DNA from: Bdellovibrionales bacterium
GTDB lineage: Bacteria > Bdellovibrionota > UBA1018 > CAIMNF01
Length of the DNA stretch: 64,000 nucleotides
Direction: 5' to 3'
NCBI GenBank assembly: GCA_040380025.1
Contig: JBEIJY010000008.1
Coordinates: 1 to 64,000, forward strand
Of the stretch, positions 33,465 to 43,021 are shown piece after piece. Made by a program: the position numbers and the translations under genes. The first letter of the stretch is position 1; every line of letters begins with the position of its first letter. Below the pieces are notes generated by a model. That model searched no databases. It saw only the letters and a program-made list of their open reading frames with translations, and was not told where the DNA came from.

Positions 33465-34420
33465 GCGAACATGAGCGGGGCCACGATGGTGGCGTCCGAC
33501 TCCACGATGAATTTCGGAGTGTCCACGCCGAGCTTCGCCCAGGTGATCTTTTCGTTCGGCACCGCTCCCGAATACGATCCGTAGCTCGTGGTGGAATCGC
33601 TGATCTGGCAGAAGTAACCCCAGAGCTTGGGATTGCGGTTCAAGTCCTTCTCGAGCATGGGAACCACGCAAATCGGGAAGTCCCCGGCGATCCCGCCGCC
33701 GATCTGGAAGAATCCGAGCGAGCAGTTGCCGCTGGTCACTTCAGTGTACCAGTCCGCAAGGCTCATCATGTACTCGATTCCGGTCTTCACGGTGTGCACG
33801 TTCTTCACGCGCTTTTCGACACAGTACGAGGCATACATGTTCCCGAGGGTCGAATCCTCCCAGCCCGGAACGACCATGGGGAGGTTCTTCTCGGCCGCGG
33901 CCAGCATCCAGCTGTTCTTCGGGTCGATCTGATAGTGGGGCTTGAACTTGCCCTTCAGGAGGGCGCGATAGAAGAACTCATGCGGAAAGCAACGCTCGCC
34001 CTTTGCTTCGGCCTCGAGCCACTCCTCTTCCATGATCCTCCAGATCTTCCGCATCGCCTCTTCCTCGGGGATGCAGGTATCGGTGACCCGGTTCAGATTG
34101 CGCTTCAGGAGCGCATGCTCCTGCTCGGGCGTCAGATCGCGGTAGTTCGGAATGCGCTCATAGTGATCGTGAGCGACGAGGTTGTAGATGTCTTCTTCGA
34201 GGTTCGCCCCGGTGCAGGAAATGCCATGGACCTTGCCCTGACGGATCATCTCGGCAAGCGAGAGACCGAGTTCCGCCGTGCTCATGGCACCGGCAAGAGT
34301 GACGAACATTTTGTTGCCGCTCTCGATGTGCTTTTTATAGCCTTGCGCCGCATCCATCATCGCCGCCGCATTGAAGTGACGATAGTGATGTTCCATGAAC
34401 TTGGTGATGTTTCCTGACAT
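33446..34420 (-). CDS. Deoxyhypusine synthase-like protein
   Basis: LAGAMSTAELG, CTGANLEED, PGWEDST, QIGGGIAGDF, YSGAVPNEKITW; AAGGAG SD. Confidence 0.9.
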   Translation of the reverse strand: MSGNITKFMEHHYRHFNAAAMMDAAQGYKKHIESGNKMFVTLAGAMSTAELGLSLAEMIRQGKVHGISCTGANLEEDIYNLVAHDHYERIPNYRDLTPEQEHALLKRNLNRVTDTCIPEEEAMRKIWRIMEEEWLEAEAKGERCFPHEFFYRALLKGKFKPHYQIDPKNSWMLAAAEKNLPMVVPGWEDSTLGNMYASYCVEKRVKNVHTVKTGIEYMMSLADWYTEVTSGNCSLGFFQIGGGIAGDFPICVVPMLEKDLNRNPKLWGYFCQISDSTTSYGSYSGAVPNEKITWAKLGVDTPKFIVESDATIVAPLMFAYVLGW

Positions 34421-34477
34421 GATTTTCTCCTTCGGATTCCTGATCAAAAACCCTTGATCAAAATTTACAAATTTTTC

Positions 34478-34975
34478 TCACGAACGGTCCGGGGCGCCCT
34501 GCTCTTCCGGCATCAGCCGTTTCAGGACTTCCCACGCCGCTTTTTTTCTTCCCGGTTCGGCCACCATGGCAGCCAGGGACTCGGTCACCGCCACGCGGAG
34601 TTCCGGAAGTTCCTGCGCGAGCCCATGAATCTCCTCGTCTCGCAACGCACCCGACCCGAAGAACACCAGCACGGCCGGATGATGGTCCCGGATGCGGTCC
34701 CGAAGATCGGAACCTCCGTGAAACAGCAAAACAGCCCGCTCAGGGGGAATCTTCATCGCCTCGAGGATTCTTCGAAGCAGCGCGCCCTCGGCGGATCCCG
34801 CAAATTCGGCCGCCCCTTCGGAAGGCTCTTCTGCGACAAACACCAAAGCGCTTCTATTTCGGACCTCTCGGGCCTCTCGGATCTCGAAGACCTCCCCGGT
34901 CTCCCGCCCCCGCTTTCCCATCACAAACGAATGGGGCGGCAGGAAGGATGCCAAAGAAGACCCTGAGCGATTCAT
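34478..34975 (-). CDS. Hypothetical protein resembling a degenerate family-4 uracil-DNA glycosylase fold
   Basis: LVFVAEEP, GALLRRILEAM, P.VLVFFG, P..KKAAW..L but no Fe-S Cys or HP motif. Confidence 0.55.
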   Translation of the reverse strand: MNRSGSSLASFLPPHSFVMGKRGRETGEVFEIREAREVRNRSALVFVAEEPSEGAAEFAGSAEGALLRRILEAMKIPPERAVLLFHGGSDLRDRIRDHHPAVLVFFGSGALRDEEIHGLAQELPELRVAVTESLAAMVAEPGRKKAAWEVLKRLMPEEQGAPDRS

Positions 34976-35003
34976 GAGGCTCAGGTTTTAGCTTATTTTC
35001 GGC

Positions 35004-35273
35004 TTACTGTAAACGATGCAAAACCCGGCGGGCGTCGAGTCCGCATTCGGGGCAGGAGGCCTTCTCTTCGGTCAGATTGCGACTGAAGTCCGAGGCATGG
35101 ATGAAATGAAGCCGCCCCCCGCAGATTCCGCAGTGGGAGAAGCCCTGGAGCACCCGCTCCATTCCGCCACCGGCAGGGGCGATCGAAGGAGTCGGGCCCT
35201 TCTGGAACTCGATCTCGGTGGGAAACTCGTCTGAAAGCTCCAAATCGTCGGTCATTTCATTGTGCTTGCTCAT
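35004..35273 (-). CDS. Small zinc-ribbon protein
   Basis: CGIC and CPEC pairs; AAGGAGG SD. Confidence 0.7.
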   Translation of the reverse strand: MSKHNEMTDDLELSDEFPTEIEFQKGPTPSIAPAGGGMERVLQGFSHCGICGGRLHFIHASDFSRNLTEEKASCPECGLDARRVLHRLQ

Positions 35274-35351
35274 TCGGCCGGCCTCCTTGTTCTGGATACT
35301 TCTTCGGGGGGAAGCCCCTGTTTCTGAATGGGAAATGATTGCCCTGCCCGG

Positions 35352-35813
35352 TCAACGCTTGGGTGGAATTAACACCGATGCCGGCAGCCGGCCGAGCGGC
35401 TCCTCGAAGCGCTCATACCCCTCGGTTTCAAGGGCGGAAACCGAAACCATGTGTTCGGTATTGTCCTCAAGCTCAATCATTTGACGGGAACCGCAGGAGT
35501 CCTTCGAGACCTCCATAATGTAGCGCCCCGGGGGGGCGGTCATGCTGAAGCGGCCAGAACGGTCACTCTCGGTCTCGACCTGGTTCTGCCCGCCATCGAA
35601 CAGCCCGGTCAGGCGGACCCGGTAGTAGCCCGCACCGCACTTCTCGGCCCGCTCGATGACTCCGGAGAGTCGCGCAGGCAGGAGCGTCTTTTCGCCTCCT
35701 CCGCCCGATGCAGCAGCGCCGGATTTGCCGAAAAGCGGAAACGAGCAGGAGTACCCCGAGAGGGTCAGCATCACGAGAGCTACGATTGCCGTCTTCTTGC
35801 GTCCTTCCGCCAT
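35352..35813 (-). CDS. Putative lipoprotein with carboxypeptidase-regulatory-like beta-sandwich
   Basis: Signal peptide with Cys; TESDRSGRFSM..PPGRY.MEV pattern. Confidence 0.6.
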   Translation of the reverse strand: MAEGRKKTAIVALVMLTLSGYSCSFPLFGKSGAAASGGGGEKTLLPARLSGVIERAEKCGAGYYRVRLTGLFDGGQNQVETESDRSGRFSMTAPPGRYIMEVSKDSCGSRQMIELEDNTEHMVSVSALETEGYERFEEPLGRLPASVLIPPKR

Positions 35814-35874
35814 CAACTGACTATCGGAGACCGGAATCAAAACATTGAGTGTTTCATGAAAAAAACCGTCGCGG

Positions 35875-36582
35875 TCACTCCGGACACACCGGTGTGTGGA
35901 TGATATCCGTGCGCAAGAACTCGTTCACCCTCTCGAAGATCGAATCAAACATGGGCTCGGTGAGCTTCCCCGTGAACGTGTTCTGCTGGCTCGGATGATA
36001 CGAACAAATCAAAAGCCTGCCATCGCGGAGTCTCACGGCCTGACCGTGCTGGAACTTCGGAAGCGCACGCGAGGGCTTCTCGCCGTCGGGAAGAACCGCC
36101 CAAAGGCCCCGGAGCGCAATCTGCCCGAGCACCAAGAAAACCCGCACGTTCCGCAAAATCGCAAGCTCATCGCGCAAAAAGCCCGAGCAGTTCGCGATTT
36201 CCTCTTTGGAGGGCTTGTTGTCGGGGGGCGCGCACCGGGCCACGGTGGTCACATAGGCATCCCGGAGCGTGAGCCCGTCCAGGACGTGCTCGCTCTTCGG
36301 CTGATTGGCGAATCCCGCCCGATGAAGCGCCCGATACAGCCAAAGCCCGGACTGATCGCCCGTGAACATCCGGCCTGTGCGGTTCCCCCCGTGGGCGGCG
36401 GGAGCAAGGCCCACCACCAAAAGACGCGCACGGGGATCCCCGAAACCCGGCACGGGTTTTCCCCAATATTCTTCTTCCCGGAATTGTTTTCGTTTTTCTT
36501 TTGCGATGATCGCGCAATGCGCGCGAAGTCTCGGACACCGCTCACACCCAATCACGCTGCGGTTCAAAGCAGAGAGACTCAC
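35875..36582 (-). CDS. Uracil-DNA glycosylase family 5 (UdgB type)
   Basis: CERCPRL, GLAPAAHGGNRTGRMFTGD, RCAPPDNKP, SYHPSQQNT. Confidence 0.92.
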   Translation of the reverse strand: MSLSALNRSVIGCERCPRLRAHCAIIAKEKRKQFREEEYWGKPVPGFGDPRARLLVVGLAPAAHGGNRTGRMFTGDQSGLWLYRALHRAGFANQPKSEHVLDGLTLRDAYVTTVARCAPPDNKPSKEEIANCSGFLRDELAILRNVRVFLVLGQIALRGLWAVLPDGEKPSRALPKFQHGQAVRLRDGRLLICSYHPSQQNTFTGKLTEPMFDSIFERVNEFLRTDIIHTPVCPE

Positions 36583-37256
36583 GAGGGGCTGATCTCCCGC
36601 CTCTCGCCCGGCTTCAAATCGCCCAGCTCATACTCCCCGATCCGCACTCGCTTCAGCCGGACCACGGCAAGCCCCACTGCCCCGAACATCCGTCTCACGA
36701 AGCGATTCCGGCCCTCGCTCACGGTGGCCAGGAACGTTTGATGGTCACGGATCACCGTCAGAGAATCGAAGCGGCCCGGGCCGTCCGACAGCTCCACCGA
36801 AGAGCACAGTGTGCCGGCATAGCCGTCTACACCCCTTCCTTCGACTTCGACCTCGTACACCTTCTGGATTCCATAGCGGGGATGCGTGAGCCGAAGGAGC
36901 AGATCGCCATCCTCGGTCATCAGCAAAAGCCCTTCGGAATCAAAATCCAGGCGCCCCACCGGGTTCACGCCGGGAACATCGCGAAAAAAATCCATCACCG
37001 TGGGCCGTCCCTCGGGATCGGACTTGGTGGTCATCACTCCCCGTGGCTTATGAAAAAGAAAGGTTCGTTTTTTTGCAGGAGGCCGAACAGGAACTCCATC
37101 CAGAGTCAGAAGGTCGTCGTCGGTGACCGAGCGGCCGAGATCGGTGAAGACCTCGCCATTCACGGCAACCCGGCCATTCCGGATCGCCTCCTCGGCCCTT
37201 CTGCGACTCAGGAGTCCGCTTGCCGCAATCCGTTTGTGCGCTCGTTCTGATTTCAT
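36579..37256 (-). CDS. RsuA/RluB family pseudouridine synthase with S4 domain
   Basis: SRRRAEE S4; KPRG; GRLDFDSEGLLL; EGRNR.VRRM. Confidence 0.92.
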   Translation of the reverse strand: MKSERAHKRIAASGLLSRRRAEEAIRNGRVAVNGEVFTDLGRSVTDDDLLTLDGVPVRPPAKKRTFLFHKPRGVMTTKSDPEGRPTVMDFFRDVPGVNPVGRLDFDSEGLLLMTEDGDLLLRLTHPRYGIQKVYEVEVEGRGVDGYAGTLCSSVELSDGPGRFDSLTVIRDHQTFLATVSEGRNRFVRRMFGAVGLAVVRLKRVRIGEYELGDLKPGERREISPS

Positions 37257-37261
37257 GATCT

Positions 37262-37302
37262 CAAAATGAATCAGGCCGGATCGATCCGATCCGGCCTGAT
37301 TC
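37262..37302 (-). terminator. Perfect 16-bp hairpin, probable terminator of the peroxiredoxin-small basic protein transcript
   Basis: GAATCAGGCCGGATCG-ATC-CGATCCGGCCTGATTC, then ATTTT on the minus strand. Confidence 0.7.
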
Positions 37303-37325
37303 CGCTCTAGAATGAATCCTAAGAC

Positions 37326-37517
37326 TTACTTCTTCGCCTTCTTCTTGCGGAACGCGACTTTTTTGTCTGCCGATCGCTTCGACTTTCCGGCAAAGAGGGC
37401 TTTTGCGAACTCTTTGTCGTTCTGGACTTTGGCTTTTCTCTTATCGCGGCCCATTTTTTTCAGGGAACGGCGTCCGAGTTTCGATTTCGACGTAGTGGAA
37501 GTGGTGGTTGCAGTCAT
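37326..37517 (-). CDS. Small, very basic hypothetical protein
   Basis: AAGGAG SD; 63 aa with 24 Lys+Arg and 4 acidic residues. Confidence 0.75.
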   Translation of the reverse strand: MTATTTSTTSKSKLGRRSLKKMGRDKRKAKVQNDKEFAKALFAGKSKRSADKKVAFRKKKAKK

Positions 37518-37531
37518 GACTTACTCCTTGA

Positions 37532-38062
37532 TTACTTCTTGGTCAGAGTCGCCTGACCGGGTTTCCAATTCACAGGACACAGCTCGCCTGTCTGAAGGGC
37601 TTGAAGGGTGCGAAGCACCTCGTCGACCGAACGGCCCACTCCAAGAGCATTCACGCTCATCGACTGGAGAACGCCATTCGGATCGATCAGAAACGTTCCA
37701 CGCAGAGAGATTCCCTTGTCCTCAACCAACACACCATAATTCCGCGAAACGGAATGATTGGTGTCGGCAAGAACGGGGAACTTCACTTCGGGAAGATCCT
37801 TTTCAAACCACGCTTTGTGGGAGTGCTGGCTGTCGGTCGAGCAACCGATGATCTGGCAACCTGCCTCCAAAAACTGTTTTTCGAGATTTGCGAAACCGCG
37901 GATCTCGGTCGGACACACGAACGTGAAGTCCAACGGATAAAAGAACAAGCAAACCCATTTTCCTTTGTAATCTTTGAGGGCAACTTCGTCTTTGAACTGT
38001 CCTGCGACATAGGCAGGGGCTTTAAACTCGGGAGCTGCTTGGCCCACTTTCAGATTCCACAT
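37532..38062 (-). CDS. ahpC: 2-Cys peroxiredoxin (AhpC/TSA)
   Basis: FYPLDFTFVCPTE, LRGTFLIDP, GRSVDE, LCPVNW. Confidence 0.92.
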   Translation of the reverse strand: MWNLKVGQAAPEFKAPAYVAGQFKDEVALKDYKGKWVCLFFYPLDFTFVCPTEIRGFANLEKQFLEAGCQIIGCSTDSQHSHKAWFEKDLPEVKFPVLADTNHSVSRNYGVLVEDKGISLRGTFLIDPNGVLQSMSVNALGVGRSVDEVLRTLQALQTGELCPVNWKPGQATLTKK

Positions 38063-38149
38063 CTCGGGTTGTTCCTTTCTCTTAGGTTCTGTTTGGTCAA
38101 ATTTTGAATTTCATTACTCTAATGGCACAGCTACACTCTGACAAGAGAA

Positions 38150-38842
38150 ATGAAAAAACCCGTTTCCTTGAGTCGACATTTTCTTGCTGTGCTCGTGCCG
38201 GGCGTCCTCTACGGTGGACTGTTCCTGGCACGCCCCCTTTGGTTTGATCCGCATTGCTCCCGCACCCCTGAGCTGTGCTCCCCCGGATCCCTGAACGGGA
38301 TGGAGCGGCTGGCGTTCTCCTACCAGTCCGTATTCGCGGATTTCTGCTCGAATGTCCTGCAAAACTCGGTCGGTGCGGTCGCGTTCCTCCTGCCCTGGGC
38401 GATTCTCCGGCCTTGGTCTGGCGCACTCCGGATGAACTCGATTCTTCTTTCGATGACCCTTTGGAACGGGGTTCTGCTCGAGCTTGTCCGCGCACTGATC
38501 CAGCGTCCAAGACCCCAAGTCTGGGGCGCGCCGCTCACCGAGGGACAAAACATCCACCTGTATACGTCTTTTTATTCGGGGCACACGAGCTTTGTGGCGC
38601 TCGCCACGCTCTTCACCGCACTTTGGATCCGATCCGAAAAACCGGCATGGATTGCTCCCTTCCGGATTGCGGTGATCAGCCATGCGATCCTGACCCTCTC
38701 GACGGGGGCGCTCCGGGTTGCCGGAGGACGGCACTTTCCGAGCGACGTGATCGCAGGTTGGATCTTCGGAGCCTTCGTTTGTCTCGCGGTCTTTCGTTCT
38801 TCCCGGGGGTCCGGACGAAATCAGCCGTCCGACTCGATCTGA
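38150..38842 (+). CDS. PAP2 family membrane phosphatase
   Basis: [23 protein letters not shown]. Confidence 0.88.
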   Translation: MKKPVSLSRHFLAVLVPGVLYGGLFLARPLWFDPHCSRTPELCSPGSLNGMERLAFSYQSVFADFCSNVLQNSVGAVAFLLPWAILRPWSGALRMNSILLSMTLWNGVLLELVRALIQRPRPQVWGAPLTEGQNIHLYTSFYSGHTSFVALATLFTALWIRSEKPAWIAPFRIAVISHAILTLSTGALRVAGGRHFPSDVIAGWIFGAFVCLAVFRSSRGSGRNQPSDSI

Positions 38843-39375
38843 TCGTGTTTCAGCTCCTCACCGGGCTTCACACCGCGGCAGTTCACGATTTTTGCCGGAA
38901 TTCCCGTGGCGGTGCAGTGCTCGGGCACATCCTTGATGACCACCGAATTCGCTCCTACGCGGGCGTGGTCTCCGATCCGGATGTTGCCGAGGATTTTCGC
39001 CCCGGCCCCCACGACCACGTGGTTTCCGAGCGTAGGATGCCGCTTGACGGGGTTCAGATCGACCCCTCCGAGCGTCACCCCGTGATACAGAATGCAATCA
39101 TCGCCGATCTCGGCGGTCTCTCCGATCACAAGTCCCATGCCATGATCGATGATCAGATTCCTGCCGATTTTCGCCCCGGGATGGATGTCAATACCGGTCA
39201 AAAACCGGTTGAGCTCGCTGATCGCCCGCGGAAAGAACGGGACCCCCCAGGTATGAAGCCGATGCGCCAAACGATGAAAGACCACTGCCTTCACGCCGGG
39301 ATACAAAAGCACCACTTCAAGCGGGCTTCGCGTTGCCGGATCGTACTTCAGGTAGGAGCGGATCAAACCGGGCAT
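38821..39375 (-). CDS. cysE: Serine O-acetyltransferase
   Basis: [31 protein letters not shown]; start overlaps fabI stop. Confidence 0.9.
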   Translation of the reverse strand: MPGLIRSYLKYDPATRSPLEVVLLYPGVKAVVFHRLAHRLHTWGVPFFPRAISELNRFLTGIDIHPGAKIGRNLIIDHGMGLVIGETAEIGDDCILYHGVTLGGVDLNPVKRHPTLGNHVVVGAGAKILGNIRIGDHARVGANSVVIKDVPEHCTATGIPAKIVNCRGVKPGEELKHDQIESDG

Positions 39376-40148
39376 CAGGATCCCATGATGTTGAATCCGG
39401 AATCGACGTACAAGAGGTTTCCGGTCATGTGACGTGCTCCGTCCTGACACAAAAATGCGGCAAGAGCGCCGATGTCCTCGGGAGACACGTTTTCATGGAG
39501 AGGGGATTTTTCTTCGATCTGGCTCAGGATATCGCGAAAATTCGAGATCCCGCCCGCCGCGGCAAGGGTCTTGATCGGTCCGGCCGAGATCGCATGAACG
39601 CGGATCTTCTGTCTTCCGAGATCATGGGCAAGATACCGGACCGAAGCCTCGAGTGCCGCCTTCGCAACGCCCATGACGTTGTAGCCGGGAATCACCTTCT
39701 CTGAGCCATAATAGGTGAGCGTCAGGATCGTTCCACCGGTCTCGGGCATGAGCTTCGAGGCTTCCCGGGCGGTCGCAATCAGAGAATAAGCACTGATGTC
39801 GAGGGCGAGCTTGAATCCGGCACGGGTGGTGTCGACAAAGCGGCCGTGGAGGTCTTCCTTCCCGGCGAACGCAACCGAGTGGACCAGGATGTCGAGACCG
39901 CCCCATTTTTCTTTCACTTTGCTGAAAAGCGCCGAGATCTGCTCGTCGCTTGAGACATCGCAGGGCTCGATGATCTCGGCCCCGAGACTCTCGGCCAGGG
40001 GACGGACCCTGCGCTCGAGGGATTCACCGAGAAAATTGAATGCGAGCTTCACGCCCTCCGCATGAAGGGCCTGCGCGATCCCCCATGCGATGGAGCGATC
40101 GTTTGCAAGACCAAGAATCAGTGCTTTTTTACCTTTCAGAGAACTCAT
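39375..40148 (-). CDS. fabI: Enoyl-ACP reductase
   Basis: [41 protein letters not shown]. Confidence 0.95.
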   Translation of the reverse strand: MSSLKGKKALILGLANDRSIAWGIAQALHAEGVKLAFNFLGESLERRVRPLAESLGAEIIEPCDVSSDEQISALFSKVKEKWGGLDILVHSVAFAGKEDLHGRFVDTTRAGFKLALDISAYSLIATAREASKLMPETGGTILTLTYYGSEKVIPGYNVMGVAKAALEASVRYLAHDLGRQKIRVHAISAGPIKTLAAAGGISNFRDILSQIEEKSPLHENVSPEDIGALAAFLCQDGARHMTGNLLYVDSGFNIMGS

Positions 40149-40179
40149 GATGAAAACTGCTTCCTTTCAAAACGAAAAT

Positions 40180-40710
40180 CTAGATGCAAAGTGCGCCGGC
40201 CACTTGAAAATACGGGTAAATCTGGCTCCGAAACGACTGGGAAATGAACGAGAGAGGACAAACCGCCGATCCGTTCAACAGAACCTGCAAGGTCACCATT
40301 CCGGATCCCACGAAGGTTCCGATGATCTGTCCCGACACGACCATATCGCCCGACCGAACCGTGGGTATCACACCGGCAATCCGGGTCGCAAGTCTTCCGG
40401 AGTGGGCGATGGTCACGAAAGTGGAATTGGTGGCAGTGTCCGTTCCAAGCGAGCTGACCACCCCTTTCGCCGGAGCGAGAACATTGCCTCCGAAGAAAAA
40501 ACCCTGGGTGAATGCCCAATAAGGGCTTTGCGAGGTGAATCCGTTGACCACAATCGCGGGCCCCCCGGTTCCGAATGCGAAAATCGGCTCAAGAGCCGGC
40601 GGATTGGTATCGCCGAACACCGAGAGGGGGTCAACATTTCCACAGCCGGGGCTCCCGAGGAGAAACCCGAAAAGCACAGTCAACAACGAAATCCGATGAA
40701 ACACTTTCAT
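40180..40710 (-). CDS. Lipoprotein with degenerate M23/LytM-like domain
   Basis: Signal ending GSPGC; VLAPAKGVV, VTIAH, VRSGDMV..GQIIG, NG.AVCPL; HxxxD and HxH absent. Confidence 0.65.
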   Translation of the reverse strand: MKVFHRISLLTVLFGFLLGSPGCGNVDPLSVFGDTNPPALEPIFAFGTGGPAIVVNGFTSQSPYWAFTQGFFFGGNVLAPAKGVVSSLGTDTATNSTFVTIAHSGRLATRIAGVIPTVRSGDMVVSGQIIGTFVGSGMVTLQVLLNGSAVCPLSFISQSFRSQIYPYFQVAGALCI

Positions 40711-40726
40711 GACCGATTCCTCCGTC

Positions 40727-41287
40727 TTAGAATTGGAATCCCGCCCCCACTGTGTATGCGAGATAACTCATGCTGGTGCGTCCGACAATGTAGGTGACCG
40801 GCATCCTGAAAAAGATCGAGATCCCCGAGGCAATCTCGTATTCGACTTTGGCCCGGAACTGTCCGGCAAAATACCCGTAGGACCGATAACTGGTGGCTCC
40901 CGGGGCGTTCACATACGAAATCGCGGCTCCGATTCCGATTCCGATTTCGGTAGTCAGGCCATCGGCGATCTTCCCGGGAAGACCGATTCCGGCAATCAAG
41001 GGAACCAAACGAAAACTCGAGGCAGGATCCGACTCAAGCGTGAACGAGGCATAACTCACGCTCAGGTAATTCGTGAGCTCATCCGCAAGCACGGGGTCCA
41101 GGGTGAGCGTGCTCCCGAATCCGAAGTTCGACCGGAAGTTCTGTGCAATGGATCCCACCGCAACCGGATACTCGAGCGCAGCATCGATCTTCGGTGCTGC
41201 GGATGCCATCGATGCCACCAAGGAAACCCAACCGAGCATCATCCCGGCGAGAACGACTGTCACCTTTGACCTTGATTTTTGCCTCAT
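40727..41287 (-). CDS. Small outer-membrane beta-barrel protein
   Basis: Signal peptide ASA-A; alternating strands; ends VGAGFQF. Confidence 0.7.
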   Translation of the reverse strand: MRQKSRSKVTVVLAGMMLGWVSLVASMASAAPKIDAALEYPVAVGSIAQNFRSNFGFGSTLTLDPVLADELTNYLSVSYASFTLESDPASSFRLVPLIAGIGLPGKIADGLTTEIGIGIGAAISYVNAPGATSYRSYGYFAGQFRAKVEYEIASGISIFFRMPVTYIVGRTSMSYLAYTVGAGFQF

Positions 41288-41368
41288 GCTATGAGTTTAG
41301 CCCAACGAAAGTCAGATTGAAAACGAATACCTGTAAAATTTTCCCCGCCGGGGATACCCTTCTCTCCG

Positions 41369-42037
41369 ATGCTCCGGGTGATTTTCGAAGATGATTGGAT
41401 TCTGGCCGTCAACAAGCCGAGCGGAATGCCCTCCGCATCCCACGGCAAGGAAGGCCAGATCACGGCCGAGGACGCGATCCGCGTAACTCGACTGGGAACT
41501 CCGCCGATTCTTTGTCACCGTCTCGACACCGGGACGAGCGGAGTGCTGCTTTTTGCCAAATCGCAGGAGATTCACGCGGAGATCCGCTCCCGCTTCCAAA
41601 ACCGTCAAATTCACAAACACTACACGGCTTACTGTTCCGCCGCTCCGTTTTTTCAGATCGAAAAGATCAGGACTCCGTTCCGGATCGAAACCCCTCTTGC
41701 CCATCATCCGAAGAGTGCGAAACGGATGATCCCCCTTCCCGAAGGGCTTCGCAGAAGCCACCGGGGCAAGCCGCTTCCGGCACTCACTTGGATTGATCAA
41801 TTGTCGAAGGCTGTTTTTTTGAACACGCCCTGCCTTCGCGTCGATGTCCGGATCGAAACCGGAGTCATGCACCAGATCCGTGTGCATCTCTCCCATCTCG
41901 GCCTTCCGATCCTCGGGGATCCCCTTTACGGCGCAACGACTCCGGATCCGGGAAGACTTGCCCTCCATGCCCGGAAGATCGCATTTGAATTACGTGGATT
42001 TCGCTATGAAATCGAGGCGGATCCCGATCACTGCTGA
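41369..42037 (+). CDS. RluA family pseudouridine synthase
   Basis: VNKPSG, HRLDTGTSG, TG..HQIRVH, ILGDPLYG, LALHA. Confidence 0.92.
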   Translation: MLRVIFEDDWILAVNKPSGMPSASHGKEGQITAEDAIRVTRLGTPPILCHRLDTGTSGVLLFAKSQEIHAEIRSRFQNRQIHKHYTAYCSAAPFFQIEKIRTPFRIETPLAHHPKSAKRMIPLPEGLRRSHRGKPLPALTWIDQLSKAVFLNTPCLRVDVRIETGVMHQIRVHLSHLGLPILGDPLYGATTPDPGRLALHARKIAFELRGFRYEIEADPDHC

Positions 42038-42891
42038 CGGAACAGCTTGCACCCGCTGACGGCAAGATCGAGTTTTCCGTCCCGGTTCAAACACGAATAG
42101 AGAACATAGGTCTGATCGCCGTAGCTCCGGCCTTTTTCGGCATACACCTCGCCCGACTCCGAGACCTCGCAGGGATTGTTCATCGTGCACCGTTCACCCC
42201 GGTCACTGCCCGTGCTGTTGATCCCCACCACCAGACGCGTTCGTTGATTCAAAATCGGCGAACCCGACGTTCCGTGAATGGTCGGACACCCGCCCTTCGA
42301 GTACCTCATCGAGTCACGGCTCACATAGCTGGCCTCGCGAAGCTCATAAACAAACCGGTCGATCGAGCAGCTGTATCCTTTTCTCCAGTAGCCCGAGAGG
42401 ATCTCGATCGCTTCACCCTGAACGGGCCGGTTCGCGTCGAGCAATAGCGCCTCGACCTTGAAGCGGCGCCGGATCTGTTCGTAGCTCTCGGAGAGCGCGT
42501 AAATCGCAACGTCATTCCAGGTGATCGTGGCGTAGATCAGCTCGGTCGCGGCGACCTCCCCGACCTGGATCGAGCCGTCGCGATCCAGAAGCTGAAAGGT
42601 CCGCTTCGCGGGCTGGCGGTACAAAAAACGGTTCGCGGGCATCATCCCGCCCCCGACACTCACACAGTGACCGTTCGTCATCACCAGCCCCGGATCGGAT
42701 TCCTTCGCACCCTGAAACCGCACGAGCGATCCCGAACAGTTCGAGAGCTTCACGATCCCGCGAAAATCATATCCGGCATCGGAATCGAAGACCCGCAGGG
42801 CCTCGGCCGGATTGTATTCAAGCCGGGTCGGGAATGCGTTGGCATCGACACCCGCAAAAAACGCCAGAATCACTGCGATCATGCCTCTCAT
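42028..42891 (-). CDS. Secreted trypsin-like serine protease
   Basis: AAGGAG SD; signal peptide; CSGSLV, TNGHC, D, GTSGSP. Confidence 0.88.
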   Translation of the reverse strand: MRGMIAVILAFFAGVDANAFPTRLEYNPAEALRVFDSDAGYDFRGIVKLSNCSGSLVRFQGAKESDPGLVMTNGHCVSVGGGMMPANRFLYRQPAKRTFQLLDRDGSIQVGEVAATELIYATITWNDVAIYALSESYEQIRRRFKVEALLLDANRPVQGEAIEILSGYWRKGYSCSIDRFVYELREASYVSRDSMRYSKGGCPTIHGTSGSPILNQRTRLVVGINSTGSDRGERCTMNNPCEVSESGEVYAEKGRSYGDQTYVLYSCLNRDGKLDLAVSGCKLFRQQ

Positions 42892-43021
42892 GGAATCTCC
42901 TTTTCGAAAGTGTCCCGAAGAGCCACGGGTTTGACAATCAAATAAAACGAAAACCATTGCTGATCGGACAGAAAAACTCCACTCCACATTTTCGGCCGGA
43001 TACCGTATCTCTAAGTCCCCT

